The translations under genes and the position numbers were made by a program. Below, piece after piece: positions 21,760-35,379 of a stretch of DNA of 64,000 nucleotides. Each line of letters starts with the position of its first letter. Position 1 is the first letter of the stretch. Source of the DNA: Pseudogymnoascus verrucosus (taxonomy: Eukaryota); NCBI GenBank assembly GCA_001662655.1, contig KV460207.1; one strand, 5' to 3'. The notes below the pieces were generated by a model that did not search any database, was not told the origin of the DNA, and saw nothing but the letters and a program-made list of their open reading frames with translations.

Positions 21760-22896
21760 GGGGGTCATGTGTCTGTACCCTATAGCCGATCCGAATATGG
21801 ATGGTCATCCAGATGGCCTAAAGTAAATATATCCTGGATTTGTTCAAGCAATAGCTAAGCCGGAACCCATTTAACTTTGACCAAGAAATGTCTCGAGCAA
21901 TTTTTCAACTCGATATCTTAGACTATTCCATTACAAATAATGATCTAACGGTTTGGGACCCTTACAGGTCATTTTTACTGCCTGGTTGGATATGGTTGAC
22001 ACCGGCAAAATCGTTGCGAGGTCCTCGCATGTTAGAGGACTGGAGATGGTGACCCATGGAAGCTTCAGCTATATAGCCAAAGCGATCTCCAAGCTGCTGT
22101 GAGTTATTTTGATAATTTGATTCTCAAGATAGAGTGTTTGGTCGAAAACCCATCACTTCAACCGAAGGACAATCCAGAAGACCAAGCAAGGCTTATCGTT
22201 CTTGCGACAGTTAAATTCAACACGCCACGCTCCCAAGATGAAATAGGACTTTTCTCCAACGAGATCTTAGACGGCGCTGGGTTAAAACAGGGTTTCGTCC
22301 GGGATTTCCTCACATCGGTTCGTCGACCAAAAGCGAACATAAAGTACATAGCGCCAGGTCTGCGTCTCCCTACAGAAGCCGACTCCTCGCCGTTCCCACT
22401 TTAGAATCTTGACATCCCTAGAATATGCTCAAACCCCATTCTCCCTATCCTTTTGTTTGTCACAGTCACCAAGTCAACTTCACCTATTTTTGAACATTAC
22501 CATTTCCTAGATCTCACCAGTCTACCATACGGCCTGTAGACATCCTATGTCAACAGAGATGGCAAACACGAGTTTGAAGACGGCTGCAGACTCTTCCTCC
22601 CATTCGAGATTGGTGCCGCCGGATTTGCGCGACTTACAGACGACACGCTTGTCGGCGAAAATCTTGAGAGCGGGCAGGCAAGAAAATGTGGTCGGAGTAA
22701 TGAATTATACCAAACGGGGTATATTCAATATATCCCCTCGCATGAGCCACAGTTAGGAGATATTTTGAATCTATGGCAGATCCTTGTGCAAGCTGGGTTA
22801 TGGGAAGTAGATCAGCAGGGCGTGGTAATTGAGAAGTTCAAAGAGGCAGATACGGACGAGGGGTTTTACAAGTATCTGCTTAACGTGAAATGGTAG
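21760..22896 (+). pseudogene. Degraded copy of a conserved fungal hypothetical protein gene
   Basis: A single protein-like frame runs 22099-22896 (...EDGCRLFLPFEIG...ELYQTG...LNLWQILVQAGLWEVDQQGV.IEKFKEADT...KW*) and is broken by TAG at 22402 and 22537. The upstream piece WDP/LQVIFTAWLDMVDTGKIVA needs a frameshift near 21960. Confidence 0.65.
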
Positions 22897-22925
22897 GTTA
22901 GTTGCCGGCCAACTTCGTAGCTATG

Positions 22926-23681
22926 CTATGAGCCATCCCCTTGCCGGCCATTGTTTATCGCTGGGGCATTTCTATCCATCCACCAATCCACGTATACCAG
23001 TGTATACCTCTCCGTATCCTCCTCCCCGTCAATCAAGTAAATACCTTCGTCCCACTGGCTGCCATCATCCTCACCACCAATAGCATCCACTGCATCCCAC
23101 ACATCCCACTGCATCACCCCCGGAGCCGTCCCATCTGCCTTCCGCCCTTGTGACAGCTGCGTCACCTTCCTCGGACCCCCTCTCTGCCGAGTCTCCTCTT
23201 CGCTCTCCTGGTGAAACCCATATTGCAAAATCCGGAGTATGGGAACAGGCGGCTGCATAGCGAGCATCCTGCGCCAACTCGCCTCAGGCCGACAATACGC
23301 CTCCCAGTCCGCAGGAGTGAAGGCCTCCATCGTTTCCTCGGGCGGTGTCCCCCCCGTCAGATACCGTAGAGGGGGCGCGATATGAAAATTCAAGCTAGGG
23401 CCCGAGCACTCATCATGAAACTTCTCGGCGAGGTCGCCGGTGCGGTTAATGTCGTGGAAGATAGGCCAAAACTTGGCGGCGAGGATGGGGTTCTGTGTCC
23501 ATGGCGTGTCTAAAGGGGCGGGGGCAAGGAAAAGGCGTTGTTTGAGGGGGGGGGATGAGAGGATGGTTTGGTGCCAGGTGCGGGAGATGGCGAGGTTATG
23601 GAGAATGTCGAGGGGTGGAAGGGAGAGGAGGATGGTTTCGAGGAGCTCGAAGGTCGCGAATACGGCTTCCGTGGCTGTCAT
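22926..23681 (-). CDS. F-box-like domain protein (251 aa)
   Basis: N-terminal VFATFELLETILLSLPPLDILHNLAISRTWHQTILSSPPLKQRLFL, plus an ASWRRML..QPP motif typical of expanded fungal F-box families. Confidence 0.75.
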   Translation of the reverse strand: MTATEAVFATFELLETILLSLPPLDILHNLAISRTWHQTILSSPPLKQRLFLAPAPLDTPWTQNPILAAKFWPIFHDINRTGDLAEKFHDECSGPSLNFHIAPPLRYLTGGTPPEETMEAFTPADWEAYCRPEASWRRMLAMQPPVPILRILQYGFHQESEEETRQRGGPRKVTQLSQGRKADGTAPGVMQWDVWDAVDAIGGEDDGSQWDEGIYLIDGEEDTERYTLVYVDWWMDRNAPAINNGRQGDGS

Positions 23682-24610
23682 TTTGGTGTATGGCGACGTT
23701 GGATATCAAATCAAAGGCACCAAGCCTAATGACTTCCAAGTATAGTACAGTAAGTGGACGCTAAGGTGAGACAGTGGATATATGTGAGTAAAGGTTTCAA
23801 TGGACGCGATAGGTAGGGATCGCTGTCGTTGTGGCACAGCAGATGTCAGGAATAACTATTGGAGTTATTTGTTCAGTAAATACGCTTCTAATGTATTAAA
23901 ATATGCATGCGTATTTATTCCTAGAAAGGCAGGCAACAAGTGTAAATCTAGAGTTATTCTATAAGATGATTATTATTTGATATTTTTATATCATTTCTAC
24001 TTTTAGGCAACTACAATCCAAATCGCATTTACATGCATCACAAAAATCACGACAAACCAACAATTTTTAAAAACGACAAAAATCCATTCTTAGATCTCTA
24101 CTCCAACATGAGGGAGGAACCAGATAACTCCTTTGCTCTGCCTTCGCATATACCGGCAGACCCGAATCCCAAATTCCCATCTATTATCCCTTCCCAATCC
24201 TACAAAGAGCACGCGCAGCCCGGCCACCCAACCCATCCCCATCATTGCCCATTTCCCATTCCTTTCGTGCCTCTTCTCATCCCCCGTCATGGTTCTCATT
24301 CGTAACCCAAACCATCCCCCGCCCCAAGTCCCCCTCCTCCGTTGTCCCTACAATTTGCTTCCCCCAAAATCAGAGGGATAGGTATATACAAAGATTCCCA
24401 AACCCAAGAATGGCATGTATAACTCACTCAACATACCATCCCATATGCAACGCTAAAGATTCGACAGATTGGAATAATTTGCCGTCTGCGGTCAAAGATA
24501 ACCAAGGCCGAGAAAAGAAAACCTCGGCCTTATGTTTCCTCCAGGCGACGGACTGAACAAGAATGAACATAAAAAAAAGCTGACGATGCCCTTTCTTTCC
24601 GTCCACCTCA

Positions 24611-25592
24611 TCAGTCCGACAGATCTTGCAGTACCTGGATACTCAGTATCATAACCAGCAGTCCAATCGTCACAATAATCAATAACGCGAAGCCAAACCA
24701 ACCCAGCACCATAGCCGTTACCCCGACCCCGCTCTTGACGCTCCCGTTCGCCAGGTCCTGCGCTATGATACTCGCGGCTACGGAAGCCGTGTGTTGCCAT
24801 AGTACCGAGACTAAGACGAAGATCGAGCCGATGAAGATGATTGCCAGCGAGACTTGAGATACGGGTCGCGATGGAAAGGGCTTGACGTCGACTTCGGAAC
24901 CGTCTTCGTTCTCAGCTGTGTGCCAGCCTGGGAATGTTGCTAGGAGGATGAAGCAGATGAATGCGAATATGATGGCGATGATTCTGACAGTCGAATTAGC
25001 ATGCGGCCATCACACTGTGAGAGTCAAGATGGGAAGTAGACTTACATCAAGTAGGGGAACACAATCATATCCTTAAACTGGCTCGCCAGCCAAATCAAAT
25101 TCAACGGATCCTGATCAATGCTGATCTGGTTCGCCAGACTCGTCGCATTGTTGCTGCAGAGCCACGCTCCACCATCGGGGTTGATGCAGATGCCGAAGAA
25201 GCCTACGCGCGCCTCGAGCTGCGCCCTTCCGACGATTTGCGCGATTTGGGAGTGGACTCCAAAATTTGTCTGTGCTGTTGACGGCGTGGGCGTGTAGGGC
25301 GTGTAGAAGAGGGAGATGAGGAAGATGTTCGGGATGACTGGTGATGATGACGAGCAGCCCGCGAGAAGTAGCGCTGGGTTTGATTAGTCTTGGGACGTGT
25401 TGGATACGACTGGGTGAGACTTACAGAGAAGTATGATTGCGACCACAATCAGTATCATGAGAACATGATGATATCCAATAAACGGTGCGAAGCCTGCAGA
25501 AAGCATGTTAGATCCTGGTCTTGCCCCAGAGAAGCGGAGAGGAAGCGGAAGGACTCACGGGAAATCGATATCGAAAACCGCATCTGTGCCAT
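24611..25592 (-). CDS. FIG1: Fig1-family mating Ca2+ influx / membrane fusion protein, multi-exon
   Basis: Spliced translation gives FIGYHHVLMILIV, LLLAGCSSSSPVIPNIFLISLFY, RVGFFGICINPDGGAWLCSNNA, DQDPLNLIW, VKPFPSRPVS and LWQHTASVAA. Missed by the ORF track because of introns. Confidence 0.88.
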
Positions 25593-27128
25593 CTTGACGG
25601 TTGCCTGTGCTTAAGCACGCTCCAAAGCCAGCTGGCTAGTATTCGAGAATTGACTGCAGTGTCCCCTTTCGTCCTCCTCTATAGAGGGGCGTGGAGAGCA
25701 CAGAGCAGTTGGAGATTCACCAGAGCTTGATCTTGCGTCTTGTTGCTCTCGTCGTCGAGGGATTGTAGATGCCGACGACGGGCAGAGAGGAGCTGAGGAG
25801 TGCGAGCTGGATTGACTGTCTAGATGTGTAGAGGTATCGTTGGTCCTGAGATGGGTGATACAAGTATTATATGTCTCGTGAAGTAGGTGTATCTTCTTTT
25901 CGTTCTTTCGTAGATTGTGTCAGATCGGCGACAAAGCTTGGTCGAAGTGCTGGATGATAACGACGGTATCTGTCTCAGGTGAAGAAATAATGAAGAGCGA
26001 GAAGGTGTATGTTTGTGTTGGGGGAGCAACTCAGCTTGGTCCAATGTCCATATGCTTTAGTGTATGTCTTCCGAGGAATTCAAGAATCAAAGAATAAACG
26101 GTGGTTGGGAGAGATCGGTGGTGATGATGATGTGGTTTCTATTTCCTCACTGCTAAAACTGGGGGTTGCGCCAGCCTCTGTGTTTATCTGTGCATCATGG
26201 CGACAGGGGTGGTTGGGCGGCATGGCAACCGTTGTGGCTAATTTGGGTGCCTGGCCCAAATCCACTCGGTTGATCCCGAAACCCTGGGGTCGAGGGTCTG
26301 GACGGGTTTTTTCACATTTGAGGAACACGGGAGTAAGGTGTATTGTTAAATTATTTGTATTGTTGAGGTTGTGTTCAATTAATATTATCTGTATTCTTCT
26401 TGAAGTCGTTTCTGTCTGATTTCTAGTAATTTGCCCTTTGTTTGGGTATATATGACGTCTGTTATGAACTTGCAGGGATTGTTTACTGCCCAGCCACGCC
26501 GTTTCGAAGCCATGCGACAGACAATCTTAGGCCTCAATAACATTATAGATTCGCTGGCAGATCTCTGGGATCATATACAAATTCTATACGTATCATCATT
26601 CACATAACACAGCAGCGCCAGAAGCCTTGTGGTGTTGTGAAGCCACACTGCATATCGCGTCGTACAGATGCAAATACAGTTGAAACGCCAAGAACTGAGG
26701 TGACCCCCAATGAATACTGTGAAGAATACTGTGAAAATGTCCATTGATCTCAGATACTCGATAGATAAATGTCCCTACGTAAACTTTTTCACAGACATTG
26801 CTACCATGCTCATGCTATACGGCCAAACCGCAAGTGCCGTAGCAGCAGGAAGCGTACAATCTCTCCAAAAATATTCATTGCCAAAATCAGCAATGACCCC
26901 CAAAGCCACTCCACCGCGCCCATGCTGTGGGCAAGCGTGTGAACCAGGTTCCCACCATGAGAATCCCTATCTCGTTTCCTCGCCTATGTCAGGTATCGTC
27001 CACCCTCCGTCTACGCCTCGCTCCTCTAAATGTATAAGCCTGCCTCCCTTTACCTCCTATGTCCCTACTTTCCGTTTGTTGAAGTTTCTATATATCATAT
27101 TAACCGCGTCGATACATAAATCGCTGCC

Positions 27129-29393
27129 TCACTGGAGGAACCCGCTGGGTTGCGCTGGGTACATCCTCTGCCTCTTATTATCCGGGTGCTCGCTCTGGGT
27201 TGCCATGTCGGGCATGTCGGCCAGCTGCCTGCGGTTCCCTACTTGGTTTGGCGCGGGCATTGCCGCCGCCTGTGCTGCTTGTGCTTGCGCTTGGGCCTGT
27301 GCTTGGGCCTGTGCCTGTGCCTGCGCTTGTTGGTATGCGGGGTGGGTTGGTGTTATCGCGTATGCTGCGTTGTTTTGCATCTGCGCAAAGTTTGCCTGGG
27401 CGGCTGAGTTGGGGGATTGCCCTGGCATTTGGTTCGGTGAGGGCCAAGGCCCTGGAGATTTGCCTGGCGAATTCTCGTCTTTGATAGGCTGGGCCGCTGC
27501 GATGTTGGAGATGTTCATGTTTATCGGTTGTTGAGCGTTTGCCATTACTGGCTGGTATGCAGGGTAAACTGCTGGTTGGGGTTGAGCGGGGTGGGCGTAG
27601 TCTTTCTTGAACTGCATGAGATGCTTTTCAAGACTTCGAAACATGCCTTCCTTGGTAAAAGGCTTCGGTAACACATCGTTCATGCCTGTTAAATTTTAGT
27701 AAAAGTTAACATAGAGAGCCCGATTGATATTCTTACCATATCTAAAGTACATATCAATGTCGTCAGCCCTTATGTTAGAAGTCATAGCAATGATAGGTAT
27801 CCTAGGTGCGACCTCGCGGATGCACACGGTTGCGGATATACCATCCAAGTGCGGCATAATGATGTCCATAAGAATAAGATCGAAAGAGTTTGGTGCGGCA
27901 TTCATCTTGTCAACGGCTTCGAGTCCGTGTCGCTTCAACATGTCAGTATCATAGTCAACTCGGGGGTTTGTAGGAAACATACAGCTACATCCACACCGCA
28001 TTGAAAGCTTTGCAAGAACTTGGACCCCACGCGCGCACAGGTCTTATCATCCTCAACCAGTAAAATGCGAGGCTTATGCATTCCCCATCCAGGATCCGTG
28101 AAGCTCTTCTTCCGCCCCGCCGCAGACTTCGATTGCTCCATGTCTGTCTGGTTCTCTGCCAACGGTCCACCCGGGGGAATAGCGTAAGGGATGTTGTTAA
28201 TATGCGCGCTGTTGATCGGATCGATTCCATTGACTTGTCCCACCGGGTATACCATGCTGTCCAAATCGTAATTGCGATTTGCATACGGCAAATTATTTGG
28301 GAGACTGGCCGTGGTTGGCGTCGGCACAACACCGCCGGAGCCTGACTGGTCGTTCGAAGGAGTGGAGTATTCGCTGCGGAAGCTGAAGGGGCCGCCGACT
28401 TGCATCTGCTCTAGGTCCTTGCTGAATAGGTTCTCGGCAGAGAACTCCTGGAGGAGATGCGAAGCCTGCTGTAACGGCGAGGCGGGATGATCATCTGGTC
28501 CTGATCCAACAAGGTCTGAAATACCAATGCCATGGCCATTCGCGTACCCTATAGTCCGGCTGTTCCTCCTTTGCGCATCCATTGTGTGTAAGAAGCTCAT
28601 AACCCGGTGCATTGCTCCGTCGTGGTTCTTTACAACCTTTTGGAGGCCCACAACTTGTGTTAATAACACGGCATGGTTGGTAGTGAGGTCGTCGTATCGA
28701 TCTTGGAGGTTTTGCAGCTGATGCTGGACGGCGCCCAATTGGGTGTTGACCAGGTCAATCTGCTGCGACGGAAAGGACTCGTCGACTGACGTGTTCGTCT
28801 TCCGCGGTGCCGGACCCTTTCGTCTGATGTTGTCCAGGGAATCCTTCTTATTTGCTTGAAACTCGGGATGCTTGAACTCCCATGCCTGTACCTTATTAGT
28901 ATCCTGCTGGGCACCCTCCGAACCTAACATACCCCTTGACCATACGGATTCTGTCCATTATCTTCATTATTCTGCCTAACTTTGTGGAAATCGTACTTGT
29001 TCAACTGGCGGACGAAACTCGCGAAGTTGCTGTGCTTGAAGTGCTTGGGGAGGATGGATTTCGTGAATTTCTCGTTCTGTTTCTAGAGTCAGCGATTGCC
29101 CCGGCTTGTGACTCCCCTCTCCCATATAACTGACTTCTAAGACCACAAAGCTGTCGCCTTCGTTACCCCACCGCACTACTGATTCGTATGAAGGATCCTC
29201 CAGCATTCTGTTTGCGCGTTAGTCATATCCCTCGGCGTTCGCGACTTCTCGTATGGCATTAGAACCTACTTGTACAGCTTCCGCACCTGCGCAACAGTTA
29301 GCCAATGCGACCCCCGCCATCCACCCCAGAATAAAGACTCACAAAATCGCTGGAGTTATTAGACCCAGTCCCTGTTGTTTCGGCTTTCTCCAT
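27129..29393 (-). CDS. SKN7: Skn7/SrrA response regulator (HSF DNA-binding domain + coiled coil + receiver), multi-exon
   Basis: [51 protein letters not shown]. Receiver motifs [17 protein letters not shown] and KPF. Confidence 0.95.
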
Positions 29394-32137
29394 GGTATCG
29401 GTAGCCGGTTGAACAGCCTTATCGACGTCGCTGTCGTCTTCGGGGTACGCCGCCGGTAGCCGGCAGAATCAGGGTCCTGCTTGCCCTTGCTCCTTCGGCG
29501 TTCGACTTTGCGCTGCGCTGGCAAAGAGGGCGATGGTCAGGGCGACTTGACCGAGGGCCAAAGAGGGAGCGAGGGAAGTCGCCTAGGTGGTCGATGCTCT
29601 GCGGGGCTATGGCACGGCTTTATGAAGCAGGCGATACTTCCATGGCGCGCAAATGGAGGAAGGCGCGCGGCGCAGCGGTCGTAAGTGACTCCAGGCGTAA
29701 GGGCTGAAGGGGTAGTTGCTACAGTAATGATCGTTGTTCGATGCTCGACGTGAACGAGCGACAGTTTGGCGTTCAACGTTCGTGTTGTTTAGTAGGGAAG
29801 GTCGTGGGACGAGCAAAGTGGAGTTTTCGTTGGCTTTTAGATGGGGTAGAGGCTGGTGGTGGTGGAGCTTTGGTAGTAGTGGTGGAGTTTTGGGTGATGG
29901 TGGTCCCTAAATGGGTTGTGTGGTGGGGATGATGGGGGGGGTGGTGTAGGGGGGGGTAGGGGGATGGGGGGGGGTAGTGGTGGTGGAAGAGGGATAGAAG
30001 TTCCTGCTAGGTGTACTGGCAACTTTGGGTGTATGGGTGCAATGGAGTGCACCAGTGTGATGCGGTTACTGGCGTTGGCGTTCGCAGGTTTTTGTGGGTA
30101 CGGAATAATAAGATCTACGGAAAACACCACCAAACGATTTCCCTTTTCGTCTCTCAACCGACGCAAGTGGCTACAACCGAGTGGCTACTTCCTTAGACGT
30201 TTATATATCCGTAGGGGGGATATGGCCAGTTTAGTCATATAATGCCCCTAGCCTTTGATAAAAGCTGAGGGAGGGATGGAGTTTAATGGGGCTGAGGATG
30301 AACTGATATAGATAGATACAGGTGCATATAGATAGATATGGGAGATAATACTATTATGAACAGTCGTGTGCATCGGCGCATGCTACTACTGTACTATCTT
30401 ACTCGAGCAGCTGCATTCCATCCCGGCGGCGGCCATAAAATTACGGGGTTGCCGCCCGAGTATTTGCCTTTGTCGTTGTCGGTGTCGGTGTCAGTAGATA
30501 GGCATCCGGCGTTAGATCAATCAGCCGTTGTCTGGCAAACAAACAAACGCGTGATCGTAGTACGTCGTAGTAGTAGACACTTAACACTGAATGCTTAACG
30601 CTGAGTTTTCACATTACACACTTTCAAGACACATCTCCATCTATCCATCCCATCTCCCCACCGGTGCATAATTGCTTCCGCACTATACATACTCTACAGT
30701 GCCTACATCAACGTGCATTGCCACGAACACCCGTCCCCCTGCACTGAGGCGTTTTTTTGTTCTGAGCAATAGTTTCCGGGCAGGCTTGTTGTACTCTATA
30801 CATAGAAACTCTACTGCTACGACTGAGTATGTCGGTACTTGTTGGGACTAGGGTCCTCGATCCTCCGCCACGCCACGATCACATTGTATTGTAGCATGTT
30901 ATGTTAGTAGGATGTCTTAGCAGAGTGGCTTGCTCTGGCTTGCTCTGGCTTGCTCGTACTTCGTAAAAGATGCTTCGTGCTTCGTGAAAACCCTGTGTGA
31001 TGTGTCTACTAACGAGAGTATTCAACGCCACCGGCAACAGCCACAATTATTCACAAATATCCACAGACAACGACCACAGAATCTAGGATCCCTAGGAGCA
31101 ATCTATTCCACATGCTAAAGAGACGCAGAGAATCCTATAACTGCTAGGATGCGATGTACTCAAACCTCATCCCGACCTACGCCGTGCTTCGTATACCCGC
31201 GGACTTCCAGGAGCAATAATCGGCAATAAAGTCCACAGCAGTGGCGTCTAGCCCGGTTGCTTGGCGCTTCCTTGGCGGCATCATCTCTGGCAGAAGTGAT
31301 GGACGCCACCGCCAATCAAGGCGTCCCTCAACAACTCTCAAAATCCTGTGTGTGCCAGTCAGAGATGCGATGTAACTGTGCCTATATTGCAGCTGAAAAT
31401 GTAGTTGGTCTGTTACGGAGTAATGTGCATATAATCGGTATAATTGATCGATCCACGCAAAAACCAAATGACGGCATACTTATACAAAATACTATTCTAT
31501 TACTCTGCTACTCTGCTACAAAACGACTGTACATAGTTACTTACTTTCTTCGCGTCGGTGGTACACACGGCAAAGGGCCGAGCAGCCAAAAAGAGCGGAG
31601 AGCCTCCGGCAACGACAAGGGAACGTATTTCCGCATCCGTCTATCCGCCTCTCAAATCCGTCCATGCCGACTAGGAAGCAGAGTAGTCCCCGTAGTTCTT
31701 ACATAGTGTACTCTAAGTTATGCCGATCACGTTGTTCCACCTCCCAAAACGGGCGTGTTGAACCCTTTTTTGTCGGATCAAGAGACCCTAGAAGCCGAAG
31801 TCGAAACAGAACACTCTGTGTATCATGTTCGCGACTTTTTTTGTTTGGTGTTGTTTCGAAGCCCACAAAATAGCTATTTTCGCTATGGCAACAATCGGCG
31901 TGTGTGGCGTAGTATACCAGCATCATAGCATGGAGTTAATCTTGATGATAAGGAGATTGAGACACCACCCGATGATTAAGCGCCATTGACAGGGGACAAG
32001 GCTACTGTATACTGTATCATCTATCAACCTCCAAATTCCAAACAACCACACTAGCATTCCACCCCACCACCACCCATTATACACACGTACACTCTCCCAA
32101 CAGTTTGTATAACGCCGTATACAAGCCAATTGCCATC

Positions 32138-32995
32138 ATGAACTCCTACGCCGCCCGCAGACTGGCTCTCAATGCCACCCGCCGCCTCACAGCGCGCAGC
32201 TTCCACACCACCCCCCGCGCCTTCGTCAAGGTCGGTGACGCAATCCCCGACCTCAATGTCCTCGTCGAGGGCTCGCCCGGCAACAAGGTCAACATGGCCG
32301 ACGAGCTGAGAATCGGAAAGTCGTTGATCATCGGTGTGCCTGCAGCTTTCAGTATGTGACAAGCTGTCCCTCCCCGCACCGCACCTTCCAGACCGGAGAT
32401 AGTGTCCTGCCAGATGTGGCTTGGCGCGACAGATCTAGACAACATACGCGATAATGGATTGAGAGCTAATGATTGTCAAAAGGCCCGGGCTGCTCCAACT
32501 CCCATATCCCGGGATTCATGAAGCACGCAAAGATTAAGGATGCTGGTAACGTCTTCGTTGTTACCGTTAACGACGCGTTTGTGTATGTTTTCTATCGCGT
32601 GTACTTGGGATATATCTAACGGTTACTAGGACTAAGGCATGGGCCGATAACCTTGACCCAGATGGATCTACTGGGGTAAGCTCCTTCCTAGCTCAATGCT
32701 TCTTGCTGCATGGCCGAGGCTGGCGAGCTATGGACTCGAACTAACTGTTATAGTTCCGCTTCATTGGTGACCCAGCTTGCACTTTCACCAAGGCCCTGAA
32801 TCTCGATTTTGACGGTACCGCTATCTTTGGCAACGAGAGGAGCAAGCGTTACGCCCTCCTGGTTGAGGATGGCAAGGTGAAGCAGGCCTTCGTCGAGCCT
32901 GACAACACTGGCATTGATGGTATGTTGTCCCCTTCCAAGCGTACCTCCAATGCTAACAGATTATAGTCTCTGCTGCTGAAAAGGTTCTGGGATAG
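32138..32995 (+). CDS. Prx5/Ahp1-type peroxiredoxin with likely mitochondrial presequence, multi-exon
   Basis: Arg-rich presequence, then VKVGDAIP, GVPAAFS|PGCSNSHIPG, VNDAFV, RSKRYALLVEDGKV and VSAAEKVLG*. Confidence 0.9.
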
Positions 32996-33455
32996 ATCTT
33001 GGCAGCTATCTTGTTGGTATCAGAGCTAGTTACCAAGAGTAGTCACCTTGCGCCACCAATGCTATGTATGTACTATAACTAGAAGCATAGCAAGTACCTT
33101 TCAAATAAGAACAGTTACCAAACATAAGCTACGAGAGAATCAAGTTCTAAGGGCCAAATATAGCTCCAAATTAACAGGTGTCGTCATGAACAAAAATACA
33201 ATCACGTGACCCAGTAGATTGTGCCACTATCGACGTACCTCACATCTTGGCAAGGCTCCGAAAATCCTCGACGCGACCGTCAGCCTTGCACCACAATCAC
33301 CATCCCACGTCTCGACGCGCCGACTACCGCATCATCCAATCCCTCCTCGTATCACGTCCCTTAGCCCATTGTTATTCGATCGCAATACCAATATCCGCGG
33401 CATTCGGTAAAAAAATCGCGCGATTTGCCTACCAAACACCCCCACCCCCAGAACC

Positions 33456-34855
33456 ATGGCGAGCGACAAAGCCATCACCAACGCCATTTTGGAGACGGTG
33501 CGCGAGCTCTTCAAAACGGATATTGATGCGCTGAGCGTGAATAATGTGCGCAAGATTGTGGAGAAGCAGTTAGATCTCTCCGCCGGCTTTTTGAAGGGCG
33601 ACGCGTGGAAGGCGAAGAGCAAGGAGATTATCACTGGAGAAGTCGTGAGTACTCAATCCGCTGTTAAATCAGACCCTGGGGAGTGGAAACTGATACTTTA
33701 TGGCAGGAGAAACTAGATGAAGGCGCCTCAGCCCCCGAATCCCCAGCTCCAGCGCCGAAACCGAAATCGAAACCCGCACCAGAGCCAAAAGTAGCGAAGA
33801 AACCCGAACCAGTCAAGAAAGGCACCAAGCGCGCTGCCCCAACAAAGGCAGCGGCCCCGAAAAAGAGGCAAAAGAAGGAGGCCACGCCCAGCTCATCGGA
33901 TGAGTTGAGCGAGCCGGAGAGCGAGCCAGAGGAAAGCGAGGAGGAAGCGGAGTTCAGTGATAGCGATGTGAGCGAGGCGCCGAATACGAAGAAACGCGCT
34001 GGAGGTGGACGGGGGAAGAAGGGCAAGAAGGAGGAGACGGAGAGTGAAGAGGAGAGCGAGGCGGAGGAGACGCCTAGTGAGGGTGACAGCGATGCTAGTG
34101 AGGCGCCGAAGAAGAAGAGTGGAAAGCCGAAGGCTAAGGCAAAGGCGGCTCCTAGGCGCGCATCTACTGCTTCCAGGAAATCGAGCGAGAAAGTTGTGTC
34201 TGAGGATGAAGATGAGGAGGCAGCATCTCCGGTGAAACCTAACCCGGTTGTGGTCGCGAAGTCGAAACCGCTGCCTACAGTTGAGAAACCAGAGGCCGAG
34301 GACGACGAAAAGCCAGATACCACCAAGCAGGCAGCCGAGGACTCCGATTCCGACCTCTCAGTTCTCATCGACGAGCCGCCCAAACGCTCCAAGTCAAACT
34401 CCAAATCCGCAAAGCCATCCACATCCAAGACCCCCAAGCCCGCCGCCGCCGTCTCCCCAGCCGACGCTGAGATAAAGACCCTACAATCCCAGCTCGTAAA
34501 GTGCGGGATCCGGAAGATCTGGCAATTTGAGCTGAAAGACTACGGAGACGATAGCAAAGCCAAGATCAAGCACCTGCAGAACATGCTGAAGGAGATGGGG
34601 ATGGAGGGACGGTTTAGCGAGGCGAGAGCGAGGGAGATTAAGGAGATGAGGGAGTTGGCGCAGGATGTAGAGGCGGTGACGGAGGGGGCGAAGTTGTGGG
34701 GGAAGAGGGGGAGGAGGAGTGAGGGGAAGAAGGCGGTTAGTCAAGAGGTGGAGAGTGGGAGTGAGGAGGAAAGTGAAGAGGAGGTTAGGCCCGCGAGGAG
34801 GGCGGCGAGGAAGGATGATTTGGCGTTCTTGGGGGATGAGAGTGAGTCGGATTGA
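33456..34855 (+). CDS. DEK-C/HIRIP3-like acidic-basic chromatin protein (intron ~33645-33706)
   Basis: N-terminal LSVNNVRKIVEKQLDL..GFLK, a long K/E/S low-complexity middle, and C-terminal LVKCGIRKIW...IKHLQNMLKEMGMEGRFS..RAREIKE.RE. Confidence 0.7.
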
Positions 34856-35379
34856 GGGGGATATTCGGCGTTGGATATCCTTCGAGGAAGACACGCCTGG
34901 CTGGGGCCTCGCTACAAATGTGGGAATGTCTATGTGTATTCAAAGCCACTGCGGTTAATGTGCTCACTTTGCTGCTGTATGCGTGGAGTGTATAATCAGC
35001 TTATTATAATACTAGTTATTAGTGCTATTTTGTGGATGCCTAAAAATAAAGTATTACAATAATATTTTTTGGAAGCTCGAATCATTAAACTACGTTTTTA
35101 CTATTTGACAAATACTTGAGCACTCCTATCAACGTCCACCTATAGAAACCCAAATTGACACCAGAAGCAAGGAACTACAGTTAAAAACGATTAATTCTAT
35201 TTACACCGAAACATCTGTATATCCGCAATACCGAACCTAGCAAAACTCAACCCATTCGTATCATCAAACTATAATCGACATATAAAAACACAAAACCAAT
35301 TAGACCAATCCGAGGGTATAACTCCTATGACCAAAAATTTCTTCGCCTCTCACAACATCTAAACTTCCTAAATCCCATC

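Noticed and set aside
26710..27534. 274-aa plus-strand ORF with ACACAW repeats
   Set aside because: Largely the antisense shadow of the SKN7 QA-repeat exon.
31177..31467. Short ORF containing MPPRKRQATG, a possible gene or TE remnant
   Set aside because: Too short, with no supporting domain or splice structure that I could establish.
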